A stretch of DNA of 55,160 nt, from the NCBI GenBank assembly GCA_964485195.1, contig CAZAIK010000008.1:1-55160 (forward strand). The letters run 5' to 3'. The notes below the pieces were generated by a model, which saw only the letters and a list, made by a program, of their open reading frames with translations, had not been told where the DNA came from and made no database searches. Of this stretch, positions 9,102-18,496 are shown piece by piece (position 1 is the stretch's first letter; each line of letters opens with the position of its first letter). The stretch comes from an uncultured Methanosarcinales archaeon (GTDB taxonomy: Archaea > Nanobdellota > Nanobdellia > Woesearchaeales > CAIVOO01). The translations under genes were made by a program, and so were the position numbers.

Positions 9102-9524
9102 ATGCGTATTCATGAAAGGCTGAGCACAAACCTGTATGATGTGTATGGGGGAAGGAAAAAGCCCGGCTATATGAGCGTTGTTGTGAACCTTAAGGAAGGG
9201 TTAATATACCCTGTGCCCTTGAACCAGGAGCACGATGCTTTTGTGTCAAAGCGGATCCTTGATGTTCCGCTGGGGGAGCTCAGGGAAAATCCTGGGATGG
9301 CTGAGAAAATCATTCCTTCCATAATTGAGATAGATGAAATAAAGGGCGAGGTTCTGGGGGTTCTCACTGGTGTCAGCAGCCTTGAGATGGGCTCCGGGGT
9401 TAGGCATTTTAGGGATGACCTGGAAAAGGCTCACGCTATGGTCCTGGAGTTTGTGGAAAAGGGTGATTTCCCAAAATCCAGGGATTTTACCCAGAAAATA
9501 CAGTATAAATATGCTCATAAATAG
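9102..9524 (+). CDS. Hypothetical protein, paralog of 9879-10316
   Basis: Shared IYPVP..EH..FVS and TG.S..E.G.G.RH motifs. Confidence 0.75.
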   Translation: MRIHERLSTNLYDVYGGRKKPGYMSVVVNLKEGLIYPVPLNQEHDAFVSKRILDVPLGELRENPGMAEKIIPSIIEIDEIKGEVLGVLTGVSSLEMGSGVRHFRDDLEKAHAMVLEFVEKGDFPKSRDFTQKIQYKYAHK

Positions 9525-9562
9525 AAATCTTTAAAAATTAGTAACCACTTCTTGGAAGTAAA

Positions 9563-9877
9563 ATGACCACATTAAACAAAAGATTCTTGCGCATTAGCAG
9601 AGCTCTTGAAGATGGCGATTTTGGCAGTATAGACTGCGCTTTGGAAGGGCTGGATGACCTGAAGCTTGAAGATTTCGTGGAGGGGATGCAAACACTTGCT
9701 CAGCAAACAGGAGAGAGGGCGGGCGAGGCCTTTTTGACTTTTTTGGAAAATTACATAGACAAAAATTATGGGAATCGTGCAGAGGGCATAGCTGCATTAA
9801 GGCCTTTGCTTCGCCAGGCATTTGAGTATGACGGGTTTCCAGAAGGGCTGAAGCCTTACCTGGTAAGCATTGATTAA
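9563..9877 (+). CDS. Hypothetical protein
   Basis: 104-aa ATG ORF between the two paralogs. Confidence 0.65.
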   Translation: MTTLNKRFLRISRALEDGDFGSIDCALEGLDDLKLEDFVEGMQTLAQQTGERAGEAFLTFLENYIDKNYGNRAEGIAALRPLLRQAFEYDGFPEGLKPYLVSID

Positions 9878-9878
9878 A

Positions 9879-10316
9879 ATGAAGGCAAGACCATATGACA
9901 GACTTCTTTACAATATCTTATCTGAGGGGGCAGGTTATTTTCCCAGGAAAAAGCCGGACCAGCTTTGCGTGGTGACAAACACAGAAGAAAACTTGATTTA
10001 TCCTGTTCCCATTGAAATTGAGCACATTGATTTTGTTTCAAGACTTCTTGGTTTTAATATAAGAAACGTTCCTGAAAAGGCCTCAAAAATAGTCCCTTCC
10101 AATATTTTCATAAAACTAAGAGGGATTAATGATGTGATTGACAATGTTACCGGGATGGACACAGGGATAAGCGGAATGGAAATAGGCCATGGGTTGAGGC
10201 ATCATGCAGAACAGCTGGAAAAGGCAGACAGCCTTGTTGAAGAGTTTGTCCGCAAGGGGGAACTGCCTGTGGATCCCCGCTTTGAATCAGAAATCAACAG
10301 GAAATACTCATTTTGA
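9879..10316 (+). CDS. Hypothetical protein, paralog of 9102-9524
   Basis: IYPVPIEIEHIDFVS, TGISGMEIGHGLRH, EFVRKGELP. Confidence 0.75.
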   Translation: MKARPYDRLLYNILSEGAGYFPRKKPDQLCVVTNTEENLIYPVPIEIEHIDFVSRLLGFNIRNVPEKASKIVPSNIFIKLRGINDVIDNVTGMDTGISGMEIGHGLRHHAEQLEKADSLVEEFVRKGELPVDPRFESEINRKYSF

Positions 10317-10910
10317 TTTCTCAAACCTCCAGCAACCCACTCTTATCCTGTGAATCCTGCGCTTGTGGAACTTTTGCGTGGCCTTGAGGGGCATTTCAAA
10401 CTCAAGGATGTTTGTGGTTTCAAAACCATTTCTGGAAGCGAGCTCGTTAATGAAACCCCTTGTCTCCATCTTGTGGATGGAATAGACAACATTGGCAATT
10501 TCAAACGCCTTCTCAAGGAATGATTTGTCAGCGTGCCTTGTTTTTGTTCCGAAAGGGGGGTTTTGAATTACGGTGTCAGCTTTTTTGCGAAAATCTTCCA
10601 CATCCTTTAACAAAAACTCAGCTTTTCCTGTCCTGCCTACATTTTCCCTGCACAATTTCATTGCATTTTCATCATTGTCAACAAAGAAAATCTTTTTTGC
10701 CCCAAGAAGAAGCGCGCCCTTTCCAAGGATTCCTGTCCCGCAGCCAAGGTCAGCTATTGCCTTGCCTTCAATGTCTCCTTGCATATACGCAAACCACAAT
10801 ATTTCAGCAGCTGTTTCAGGGTCTGTGGGATACTGCTCTGCCTTGATCCTGGGATTATCAAATGTCTTGAGCCTGGAAAGCTCTATCGCCAGCCCTGATT
10901 TTGTAATCAT
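10308..10910 (-). CDS. METTL5-like N6-adenine RNA methyltransferase
   Basis: EQYPTD, ADLGCGTGILG, NPPFG, HADKSFL. Confidence 0.9.
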   Translation of the reverse strand: MITKSGLAIELSRLKTFDNPRIKAEQYPTDPETAAEILWFAYMQGDIEGKAIADLGCGTGILGKGALLLGAKKIFFVDNDENAMKLCRENVGRTGKAEFLLKDVEDFRKKADTVIQNPPFGTKTRHADKSFLEKAFEIANVVYSIHKMETRGFINELASRNGFETTNILEFEMPLKATQKFHKRRIHRIRVGCWRFEKSK

Positions 10911-11047
10911 TTTCAAGTTAATCCTGCTTTATTGTAAATATTTTTTGGTTTATATTACTCTGTGTATGCTTTTGAATATATATCTTTCCAAAACAGAAAC
11001 TATTTAAATGACCGCCAATCCCTTTTCCTTGTTGTGGGGTGTAATAG

Positions 11048-11527
11048 ATGGAATTTTTTAGCGGACTAAAAGTGAACTCTCTCGTCGAGATTGACAGCAA
11101 GATCAGGAATTCTTTTGAGGCTGTGAAGGACGAGCTTGAGGACCATCTGACAGCGATAAACGAGAACACTGACGAGCTGAAAAATCACGTTAACTTCATG
11201 AATGAGGTTGACAGCAGGGTGGAAATTCTTGCTGAAAAAGTGGAGGCGTTGCAGCTGATGGTCATGCAGATGATGAAGTCGTCATTGAATGAGAATGAGA
11301 AAAAGGTTCTGGAAGTTTTTGAAAAAAGCACGAGCTTTCTTTCCTGCAGGGACATAGCAATAACTGCAAATGTAAGCGACTTGTTTGTGAAGGCTCATTT
11401 GTTCAGCATGATATGCAAGGGCGTTCCATTAAAGGAAAAGGTCATTGACAGCCAGTCTTACTTTGCGCTTGAGAAAAAACCTGATGACAAGCAGACAATT
11501 ATGCTTCCTGAACTATCAGTCGAATAA
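11048..11527 (+). CDS. Coiled-coil protein with probable C-terminal winged-helix domain
   Basis: Heptad-rich N-terminus; LNENEKKVLEV...DIA...KGVPL wHTH-like C-terminus. Confidence 0.65.
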   Translation: MEFFSGLKVNSLVEIDSKIRNSFEAVKDELEDHLTAINENTDELKNHVNFMNEVDSRVEILAEKVEALQLMVMQMMKSSLNENEKKVLEVFEKSTSFLSCRDIAITANVSDLFVKAHLFSMICKGVPLKEKVIDSQSYFALEKKPDDKQTIMLPELSVE

Positions 11528-12403
11528 GTCAAACCTGTCCCTGCCCCTTTCGTACATCGCGCTTAAAATATTTGTTAATGCAGCTGCGCCCGGAACAGCG
11601 AGCTTCCACACTTCAGGATCCATTTGTTCTGCAAAATATTTTGCCATTGCAAAGTCACCTGCAAGGTCTGTTGCGCAATAGCCAAGTGTTAATGCTGACA
11701 AGGCCAGTCCTGAGGCATAAGCTGTCTTTGACACTTCCGAAATATTGTTTTCTTCAAACATTCTTACGCCTGTTGGCACGAAAAATGGCGCTGCAGCTCC
11801 CTTTACAAAGTCCAGGACTGTGCTTCCTGTTCCTATTGCAAGGTCACTCAAAAATCCCAGGTCTTTAGGCTCTTTTTCTTCCTTCTCAGAATAAATGGCC
11901 TCGTGGGCTTTCAGGATCTCATCAGGAGAAAGCTGCCCTTTCGCTTTTCTGTTTACAGAATCCTTTATCTTGTCCTTTAAACTGCCCAGTCCGCTCTTGA
12001 TGCTGAAATACATATTTCCAAACCTTCCTGGCGCATCTTCCTGAACTTCTTCTGCTGGATTTTCAGGAGGCGTAGCAAATGCTGGAGCCATTTCCAATCC
12101 ACCCACTCTTCCGGCTAATCTGTCATTCTCCTCATATAATTGGGGGATATGCCTTCCCACATAATGGCCTAAATGGGCGAATGCCTGGTTCAGTCCTGCA
12201 ACTGTGTTTTTAAGCCCTTCCACTCCGTTGTTAGTCTCTTCCAGCTCTACCCTGATTTCGTTGGCTTCACTCACTTTTTCATCTATTCCCTGCACTATTT
12301 CCCCTAATTCGTGCATTTCGTCTTCTATTTTGTAAACTCCAGAAAACCGCCTTATCCAGTCCCTGAACAAGTTTTTTGTTATTTCAATTACGCCTGAGCT
12401 CAT
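11516..12403 (-). CDS. Hypothetical coiled-coil protein with C-terminal hydrophobic segments
   Basis: 295-aa ORF; N-terminal heptads, hydrophobic C-terminus. Confidence 0.65.
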   Translation of the reverse strand: MSSGVIEITKNLFRDWIRRFSGVYKIEDEMHELGEIVQGIDEKVSEANEIRVELEETNNGVEGLKNTVAGLNQAFAHLGHYVGRHIPQLYEENDRLAGRVGGLEMAPAFATPPENPAEEVQEDAPGRFGNMYFSIKSGLGSLKDKIKDSVNRKAKGQLSPDEILKAHEAIYSEKEEKEPKDLGFLSDLAIGTGSTVLDFVKGAAAPFFVPTGVRMFEENNISEVSKTAYASGLALSALTLGYCATDLAGDFAMAKYFAEQMDPEVWKLAVPGAAALTNILSAMYERGRDRFDLFD

Positions 12404-12707
12404 TTTATTGCTGATAATAACCTCCTCATATATAAATCTTACTATTCTTATTAACTCTATAGTGACAAAACTTTTGTTGTGTTGTTTTTCTCACTTTTTC
12501 CTTATTTTTAAGGTAAAATGCCGCCATTTATAAAATAAAATCCCTGAAAGGTATTTTTCCTACTAAATTCGTTAAAATGCTATAATACCTACAATTATCG
12601 CTATGATTATAGTAAGCGAAAATCCAGAGTTTATTAGGGGTTATCTCATCATACCGACAATTATCTTTAATTTATCGTTAGCTATCACATACTAAAGATT
12701 AAAATAT

Positions 12708-13229
12708 TTAATCATCAGCATCAATATTCTGTTGCTTGTTTTCTGTCCCAGTTAAATTCTCCCTTTGCTTCTGGCTGATCTTCTCATTCTTGAGCAGCCT
12801 CTGAAGCTCCTGAACGTATTTTCTTGTAATCTCCAGGTTGTTCTGTATGTTCAGTGCAGCTTTCTCAAATGCAGACTCAACAGTGGCTCCGTTTAGCTTG
12901 TACCCAATTATCACTTTTCCGTCCTTGATATAGCTTGTCTTCACTATTATGTTGAGCGCCAGCCATCTCCTGAGATAGTCATACATTGTCTGCCTTGTGA
13001 TTCCTGCAAAAACCCCCATCTCCTCCACGGTCATCACTGCTGATTCCGGCTTTTTCTCCCTGTTGGCCCTCTTCATCCTCTCATATAATTCAAGGAATAT
13101 CCTGTGCATGTTCTCTGTGGAGCCTGTTTTTCTCGGCTCCAGGCCCATTCTTGCAAGCACAACCCTTGCCAGCTCCTCGCCAGTGGGGTTAAGCCCTGTT
13201 TCCTTGTTTGTAAGTATTATCTTGTTCAT
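12708..13229 (-). CDS. Helix-turn-helix DNA-binding protein
   Basis: MTVEEMGVFAGITRQTMYDYLRRW HTH signature. Confidence 0.75.
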   Translation of the reverse strand: MNKIILTNKETGLNPTGEELARVVLARMGLEPRKTGSTENMHRIFLELYERMKRANREKKPESAVMTVEEMGVFAGITRQTMYDYLRRWLALNIIVKTSYIKDGKVIIGYKLNGATVESAFEKAALNIQNNLEITRKYVQELQRLLKNEKISQKQRENLTGTENKQQNIDADD

Positions 13230-13707
13230 CTGTCACCTCCATTCCGTTTGCTGTAGGTATTATGTTGACAGTTGTTTATATATTTCACAAAAACGTGTCC
13301 AGTGGATGGTGAAAAATATTTGATTTTTGATTAATTCATTTAATCAAAACTAAAATCAGCTCCCAGAAAAGAGTTAAAATGCTTCAGGGTGCTGAATATT
13401 GGCGTCTAAGGGCCTTTTTAGGGGATTTTTCCTGAAAACCAAAAGCCCTGAAAATCAGTCGGGAAAATCCCTTTCTTGATGGTATTATCCCTTACTATGT
13501 GCTCCAATACCATATTCTATGTTGAAAGGCAAGCTTCTGCGTGCAGAGAGGGTAGAACTATTTTGTCGGGATTCTTCTTTACAGGTCGGGATTATCTCTA
13601 CATATTAGGGTATCATTCGCTAATGAGCAATTTTTTCTCAAGAAAAGCAAAATCAAGTTCACCAATATTTGTAAGGCAAAATATCTGAAAGCTATACTGG
13701 AAGCTGT

Positions 13708-14055
13708 TTATTGGTCACTTAAGTACTTCTCAAAGATGCTGTTGAAAGTGTCGATATAAGAGGCAGGTTTTTTCTCTATAACCTTGACTCCCATTCTTTC
13801 TGCATCCTTAATAGCAGAATTGTCAGATGAATACAACACAAAATTGACACCAGAATTTCTTGCAGCTTCATAAATGTCTTTCCATTTTCCATAAAGCCCG
13901 TCGCAGATTAAAAGTTCTGTGTCAGGAGGGATTTCCTGATTTTCGCTGTTTTTATTGTAGAGACGGGTTTCCAATGGCCAGCCCAATCTTTGGGCAAACC
14001 TCTCTACAATATCAACCAACACCTTCTCATCATCTATGAATAATGCTCTTGCCAT
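13708..14055 (-). CDS. Stand-alone receiver (CheY-like) domain protein
   Basis: ALFIDDE, LLICD (phospho-acceptor position), VLYSS, IEKKP. Confidence 0.65.
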   Translation of the reverse strand: MARALFIDDEKVLVDIVERFAQRLGWPLETRLYNKNSENQEIPPDTELLICDGLYGKWKDIYEAARNSGVNFVLYSSDNSAIKDAERMGVKVIEKKPASYIDTFNSIFEKYLSDQ

Positions 14056-14085
14056 TTTTCTTTTGGGAAATTGCTGATATCTAAG

Positions 14086-14424
14086 CTAGCCATACCCCTT
14101 AATCATTTCATAAACTTCTTCAGCTATGGAGTCTTTTCTCGCCTTTAAACTGGCTGTAATGCCCATTTCTCTTGCTTTTTCCACAAGCGCAGGATGTTTT
14201 GAGTATAATATGAATTCCTGGCAGTTGCTGGCAGATTTTATTTCCCAGCACAACCCTCCCAAATCATCGCATATTATGACATCAGCTGAAAGTGAGGACA
14301 AGCCGCTATCTTCCGGGCTGGTGACATCTGCATTGGGAATCCTTTCCTTTTTTATAACCTGCTCTATGAGCTTGTAAAAAATGCTGTTTTCAGGCTCTAT
14401 GAACAAGATTTTATTGCGATTCAC
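14086..14424 (-). CDS. Degenerate stand-alone receiver-like protein
   Basis: ILFIEPE, IICDDLGG, FILYS, AREMGI; similar to 13708-14055; GTG start. Confidence 0.55.
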   Translation of the reverse strand: MNRNKILFIEPENSIFYKLIEQVIKKERIPNADVTSPEDSGLSSLSADVIICDDLGGLCWEIKSASNCQEFILYSKHPALVEKAREMGITASLKARKDSIAEEVYEMIKGYG

Positions 14425-14610
14425 TTACCTGTAAACCCTTATTTCCTGCTCTGATTCAAGCTGCCTGAGCCTTCGGTCCAACTCCCTGAGTTTGATCTTT
14501 ATGTCATTCTGGTTGCTGTTAAGGAACAAAACCCATTCGTGAAGGCTTCTCCTTAACTCATTCACGTCCTGCTTGGCCTTTTTAAAAGAGTTCTTTGTTT
14601 TCTTAAACAT
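14425..14610 (-). CDS. Small coiled-coil protein
   Basis: MFKKTKNSFKKAKQDVNEL...; GGAGG ribosome-binding site upstream. Confidence 0.7.
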   Translation of the reverse strand: MFKKTKNSFKKAKQDVNELRRSLHEWVLFLNSNQNDIKIKLRELDRRLRQLESEQEIRVYR

Positions 14611-14755
14611 TTTTAAACCTCCATTGGCTAAAAGTGAGGGTTGGGGATATTTAAAACTTTCTATTTTTATTACTTTGTGGTGGTTACTATTTAGGAATAG
14701 ATTTAAATAAAACCTCTCAAAATTAAGCAATACCCAACAAAAGGAGGTTTTTAGT

Positions 14756-15004
14756 ATGGACGAAGACCAAAATAACACTATGCCAGAAGGAGAAAAGCCT
14801 GAAGACACCCAGGACGAGGGCAACGAGGAGGAGATGCCTCAGCCATCAGACGAAACGTCTGACGAGGAAGAAACGCCTTCAGAGCCTGAAGAAGATGAAT
14901 CTGAATCATCAGAAGAACCTTCAGACGAGGAGGAGCCTTCAGATAAGCCTTCTGAACCTTCAGGAGAGCCTGAAGGCGAGAGTGATTCTTCAGACGAAGA
15001 ATAA
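14756..15004 (+). CDS. Small acidic low-complexity (E/S/P/D) protein
   Basis: AGGAGG ribosome-binding site; repeated PSDEEE/PSEP units. Confidence 0.7.
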   Translation: MDEDQNNTMPEGEKPEDTQDEGNEEEMPQPSDETSDEEETPSEPEEDESESSEEPSDEEEPSDKPSEPSGEPEGESDSSDEE

Positions 15005-15022
15005 GAAAATTCTGGAAATTTT

Positions 15023-15424
15023 TTATTTTATTTTTTTTAATGAGACAACAATCTCCTTCTGACGCCTTAAGTCATACTCCCTGTTATCAATGATTATTAT
15101 GTTTTCATCATAAACATTATATGGCTCTGTCTCCTTCAGGCCCCTGTGAAAGGTCTTGACATAATACCCCTCAACCAGGATATTATTCCCCCAAAGGAGT
15201 TCGCTGTCCAGGTATATTGCCCCCTCGCTGTCTGTTTTTCCCTCAAACAACACTGGAGGATTGCATTCTGACCCCATCTCGCACAGGATCCCCTGCTGAA
15301 CTGCAATTTCAGCGTTTCTTACCGGCTCTCCCTGCTCCACAAGATTGAGCTTTATCCTGCTTCCTGCAGAGCAGCTGCCGACTAAAGCCAGCAAGAAAAG
15401 CAGGAGCATTAATTTAATTCTCAT
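15023..15424 (-). CDS. Putative secreted protein or lipoprotein
   Basis: Signal peptide MRIKLMLLLFLLALVGSC. Confidence 0.7.
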   Translation of the reverse strand: MRIKLMLLLFLLALVGSCSAGSRIKLNLVEQGEPVRNAEIAVQQGILCEMGSECNPPVLFEGKTDSEGAIYLDSELLWGNNILVEGYYVKTFHRGLKETEPYNVYDENIIIIDNREYDLRRQKEIVVSLKKIK

Positions 15425-15474
15425 AGAAAAAGAATGACTAATTTGTATTTAAAATGCCTTATTTGTTAAGGCAA

Positions 15475-16179
15475 TCAGCTAATATAGCTCAGCTTTTTCT
15501 TCTTCTGCTGATCAGTAATGGAGTCCTTCTGGGACATTATCGTCTTCAGCTTCTTCTCAAAGGCCTCTGCCTGCTTCAGCAGGGGCTTGTAGTCAACAGA
15601 CAATCCCAAATACTTGTCAAGAACCTCTATGACTTTTGCAGCTGCCTTGCTGTCAGGCATTGCAGAATGCGTCTCAACAAAAACAGATGAAACCGGCAGC
15701 TCCTTTTCCAGGAGCAAGGCCCCTGTAACACCAACAACAATCCCCTCCTTTAACTGGGTGATGTTGGCCTCATCAAACCTCTTGCTGCTGTCCTTCTTGT
15801 TAGTGTAATAAAAACTTCTCGTGGAGTCCTTTTCATTGCCAACAACTCCCTCCAGGCATATAATCTCTTTTGCCTGCAGTTCCTTTGCCAGCTTTTTTAT
15901 CACGTCCGCCATCTGCCACTCAATCCCCTGGGCGCTGGTAATCACGTGCAGGATTATTATGTTGTTCTTCTTGTTGTAAAACACCCCAATGGGATGGACC
16001 ACCTTCCCTTCGTGTATTGCAATCATCGGCGAGGTTTCCTCCACCCTTATGGAGCCGATTAGCTCAGCATTCAGGTGCTCTATAAGAAATTCAGTGCTGA
16101 TGTTTCCTACCAGCCCGAATCCGGGAAAGCCCTCAATTATTATGGGATTCTTTGGTTTTTTCGCAAGCTGTATTTCCAT
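15475..16179 (-). CDS. PAC2-family proteasome assembly chaperone
   Basis: IIEGFPGFGLVGNI, PDSKAAA, LLKQAEAFEKKL. Confidence 0.9.
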   Translation of the reverse strand: MEIQLAKKPKNPIIIEGFPGFGLVGNISTEFLIEHLNAELIGSIRVEETSPMIAIHEGKVVHPIGVFYNKKNNIIILHVITSAQGIEWQMADVIKKLAKELQAKEIICLEGVVGNEKDSTRSFYYTNKKDSSKRFDEANITQLKEGIVVGVTGALLLEKELPVSSVFVETHSAMPDSKAAAKVIEVLDKYLGLSVDYKPLLKQAEAFEKKLKTIMSQKDSITDQQKKKKLSYIS

Positions 16180-16238
16180 ATCATTGTGATTTGAGGATAT
16201 GTTTAAATAATTTTTCATTCTTTAATATCTACTCCAAA

Positions 16239-17468
16239 ATGGCTTCAGACCTTGACATAAAAGCTGACTACATCCTTGCCCAGGTAATAAACGGCATTAA
16301 TCATATGGCTGCTAATGACACAGAAGGCTTTTTCGCAGCATTAAACCTCCTGACAGGCCAGAATGTCCCGCCTCCTGACGTCCTTGCGGAGGACATATTC
16401 AGCGCATACGCAGGCAGTTCAGGAATGAAGGCAAAGGAGCTCCTGATGGGCTTCCAGTTCTTCTACGACGGCAGGAAGGAAGAAGGCATTAGGATGATAA
16501 TAGACGCGATGGAGCTGAACCTTGACAGCCTGGAAAATGTTCTTGAAATCCTGAACTCCTCCCCTAACAGCAAGGGCAATGTAAGGGCAGCGCTGCATTA
16601 TTCAAAAAGCCTTGACAAGGGCAACCAGGCCAGAACCCTGAGTTGTGGGAATGTGCAACAATTCCTTGGGAGAGAAATCATCGCTCCCCTGCCCACCCGC
16701 CTGAGGATAAGGATGAAAAAACCCCCAGAGAGGGAGGCAATGCCCGGAAGGGTGGAACAGCCGGATTTTCCAGAACAGCATCGCCTCAAACTCCTTTTTG
16801 CAGCGTCAATAGATGACCTTGCGTACAAGTACGAATCCTCCTTCTTCATGTCAGGAAGCCAGAGGTTCCACGACTTTTTCATAGGGCTGGCTTCCTATGT
16901 CTCTCCCAGGGAAAGGCAGGATGTTGAGCTTGACCACAAGAAAAGCTTTGAAACCCTTCTTGAGGCATATGAATTTCCAGAAGAGGAAGCAAGGATGATG
17001 AGAGATTTTTATGATTCCTTTGCAACGTTTTCAGCATACAGGATGCCGTTCCTGGCGGCAGTTCCCGAAAGGGTCACGGCAGAAATGCTGAACCCGCTTG
17101 GGGCAGAGAGCGTTTTCACAGGAAAGAGGCAGCTTGACAACCTGGCGCTTTACGAATTCTTCCTGCACCACCGCGAACTGATAGAACTGGTGAGGCAGGC
17201 AGGAGAGGAGGGAAGCGAAAAAAGCAACAGGAGAGGGATGGAATTAATGAAAATGTTCGAGCCCGACATAAGGACGCCTTACATTATGGGAGTTGACCTC
17301 ATAAACGCAAGAAACCACGTGGCTCAGATGAGCCAGCTCGCGTTCAACACCTGCCAGGGAGCAGAGGGAAAGCTTGATTACTGGACAGCCCTGCAGGCAA
17401 TCACGAAATATTCAGGAAAAGGCACTCCTTTTGACAAGAAAAGGATGATGAAATGCCTTGAAGAATAA
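16239..17468 (+). CDS. Hypothetical protein
   Basis: About 409-aa ORF from MASDL; no motif recognised. Confidence 0.65.
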   Translation: MASDLDIKADYILAQVINGINHMAANDTEGFFAALNLLTGQNVPPPDVLAEDIFSAYAGSSGMKAKELLMGFQFFYDGRKEEGIRMIIDAMELNLDSLENVLEILNSSPNSKGNVRAALHYSKSLDKGNQARTLSCGNVQQFLGREIIAPLPTRLRIRMKKPPEREAMPGRVEQPDFPEQHRLKLLFAASIDDLAYKYESSFFMSGSQRFHDFFIGLASYVSPRERQDVELDHKKSFETLLEAYEFPEEEARMMRDFYDSFATFSAYRMPFLAAVPERVTAEMLNPLGAESVFTGKRQLDNLALYEFFLHHRELIELVRQAGEEGSEKSNRRGMELMKMFEPDIRTPYIMGVDLINARNHVAQMSQLAFNTCQGAEGKLDYWTALQAITKYSGKGTPFDKKRMMKCLEE

Positions 17469-18494
17469 TCACGCAGCCTGCAGCCTCACAATCTTGTCAA
17501 GCTCTTCAATAGTGGCTCCTAACTTGCCGCTCATTTCCTGGAACTGGAACAAGAGCTCAAGCTCCATAACCTTCTGGCCAACGAAAGTGTCTGTTGAGAA
17601 CTCGCCCTTCTCAATCAGCTTTACAATGCCTTCCCGGTTTTGTGCAGGCAGGCTCCCGAACTTGGCCTTTATCCGGGGAAGGAAAGTTTTATCACCAAAG
17701 TCCTCTTCCATATCGTGCCGCTTGAACTTTGAAAGCAAAGCAATTATCTGTTTCTGAAGGGCTTCTGTCCTTTTCAGGTTCAGCCTCTTGGCAAGCATAT
17801 CCAGCCTGTTAAGCTCATTCCTCAGGAATTTTGGGTATATCCAGCTGTAAACAGTCCTCCTTATGGGGCTGATTCTGCCTAACTTATTCTGGAACTTTAG
17901 CCTTTCCACAAGCTTCCTGTAATCAGATACATTATGCACAATGAGGGGAAGCTTTTGCTCTGTGTCCCTCTCAGGGCCAAGCCTGTTGATGGCAGCAAGA
18001 ATCTCATCAGCAATGGGGGATAAATCTTTGTTTCTCTCCGAAATATCCTTCCCCTTCAGCCTCCTGTGCTGCTCTTCCAATTCCTGCAGTTTTTCGCTGC
18101 AAAATTTTAAGTCATTGAACCTGAGGTCAACATCCACCCGTATGTCGGCTATCAAGTAGGCAAGCTCTCTCATTATGCCTTCTGCCTCTGCGGCATCATT
18201 CTTCTTGTCTTCTGTAATGGTTTCCCCGTCGAGGGTCACTCCTTCTTCGCCACCTTCTCCAGGAGTCGGGGCTTGTGCAGGAGCCAGCCCTTCCCCTGAT
18301 ATTGTTCCCAGTTTCAGTTCAGCTGATTTCCCTTCCAGGGCGTGCAATTCCTTTGTGAGGGCATCCCTTAATTGCTGGCTTGTTGTAAGCTTGTAGTACC
18401 TGTTGCAGAAGTGCCTGAACTCTCCAATCCTGTCCAGTATTCCAGAGCCCCTTACTGCATCTTCCCTTAGTTTCTTTTTTTGCTCTTCATCCAT
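17469..18494 (-). CDS. Hypothetical helical/coiled-coil protein
   Basis: 341-aa ORF, last gene of a tightly packed three-gene operon. Confidence 0.7.
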   Translation of the reverse strand: MDEEQKKKLREDAVRGSGILDRIGEFRHFCNRYYKLTTSQQLRDALTKELHALEGKSAELKLGTISGEGLAPAQAPTPGEGGEEGVTLDGETITEDKKNDAAEAEGIMRELAYLIADIRVDVDLRFNDLKFCSEKLQELEEQHRRLKGKDISERNKDLSPIADEILAAINRLGPERDTEQKLPLIVHNVSDYRKLVERLKFQNKLGRISPIRRTVYSWIYPKFLRNELNRLDMLAKRLNLKRTEALQKQIIALLSKFKRHDMEEDFGDKTFLPRIKAKFGSLPAQNREGIVKLIEKGEFSTDTFVGQKVMELELLFQFQEMSGKLGATIEELDKIVRLQAA

Positions 18495-18496
18495 TT

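Noticed and set aside
14756..15004. Nucleotide repeats in the acidic ORF as a repeat array
   Set aside because: Explained by low-complexity E/P/S/D coding.
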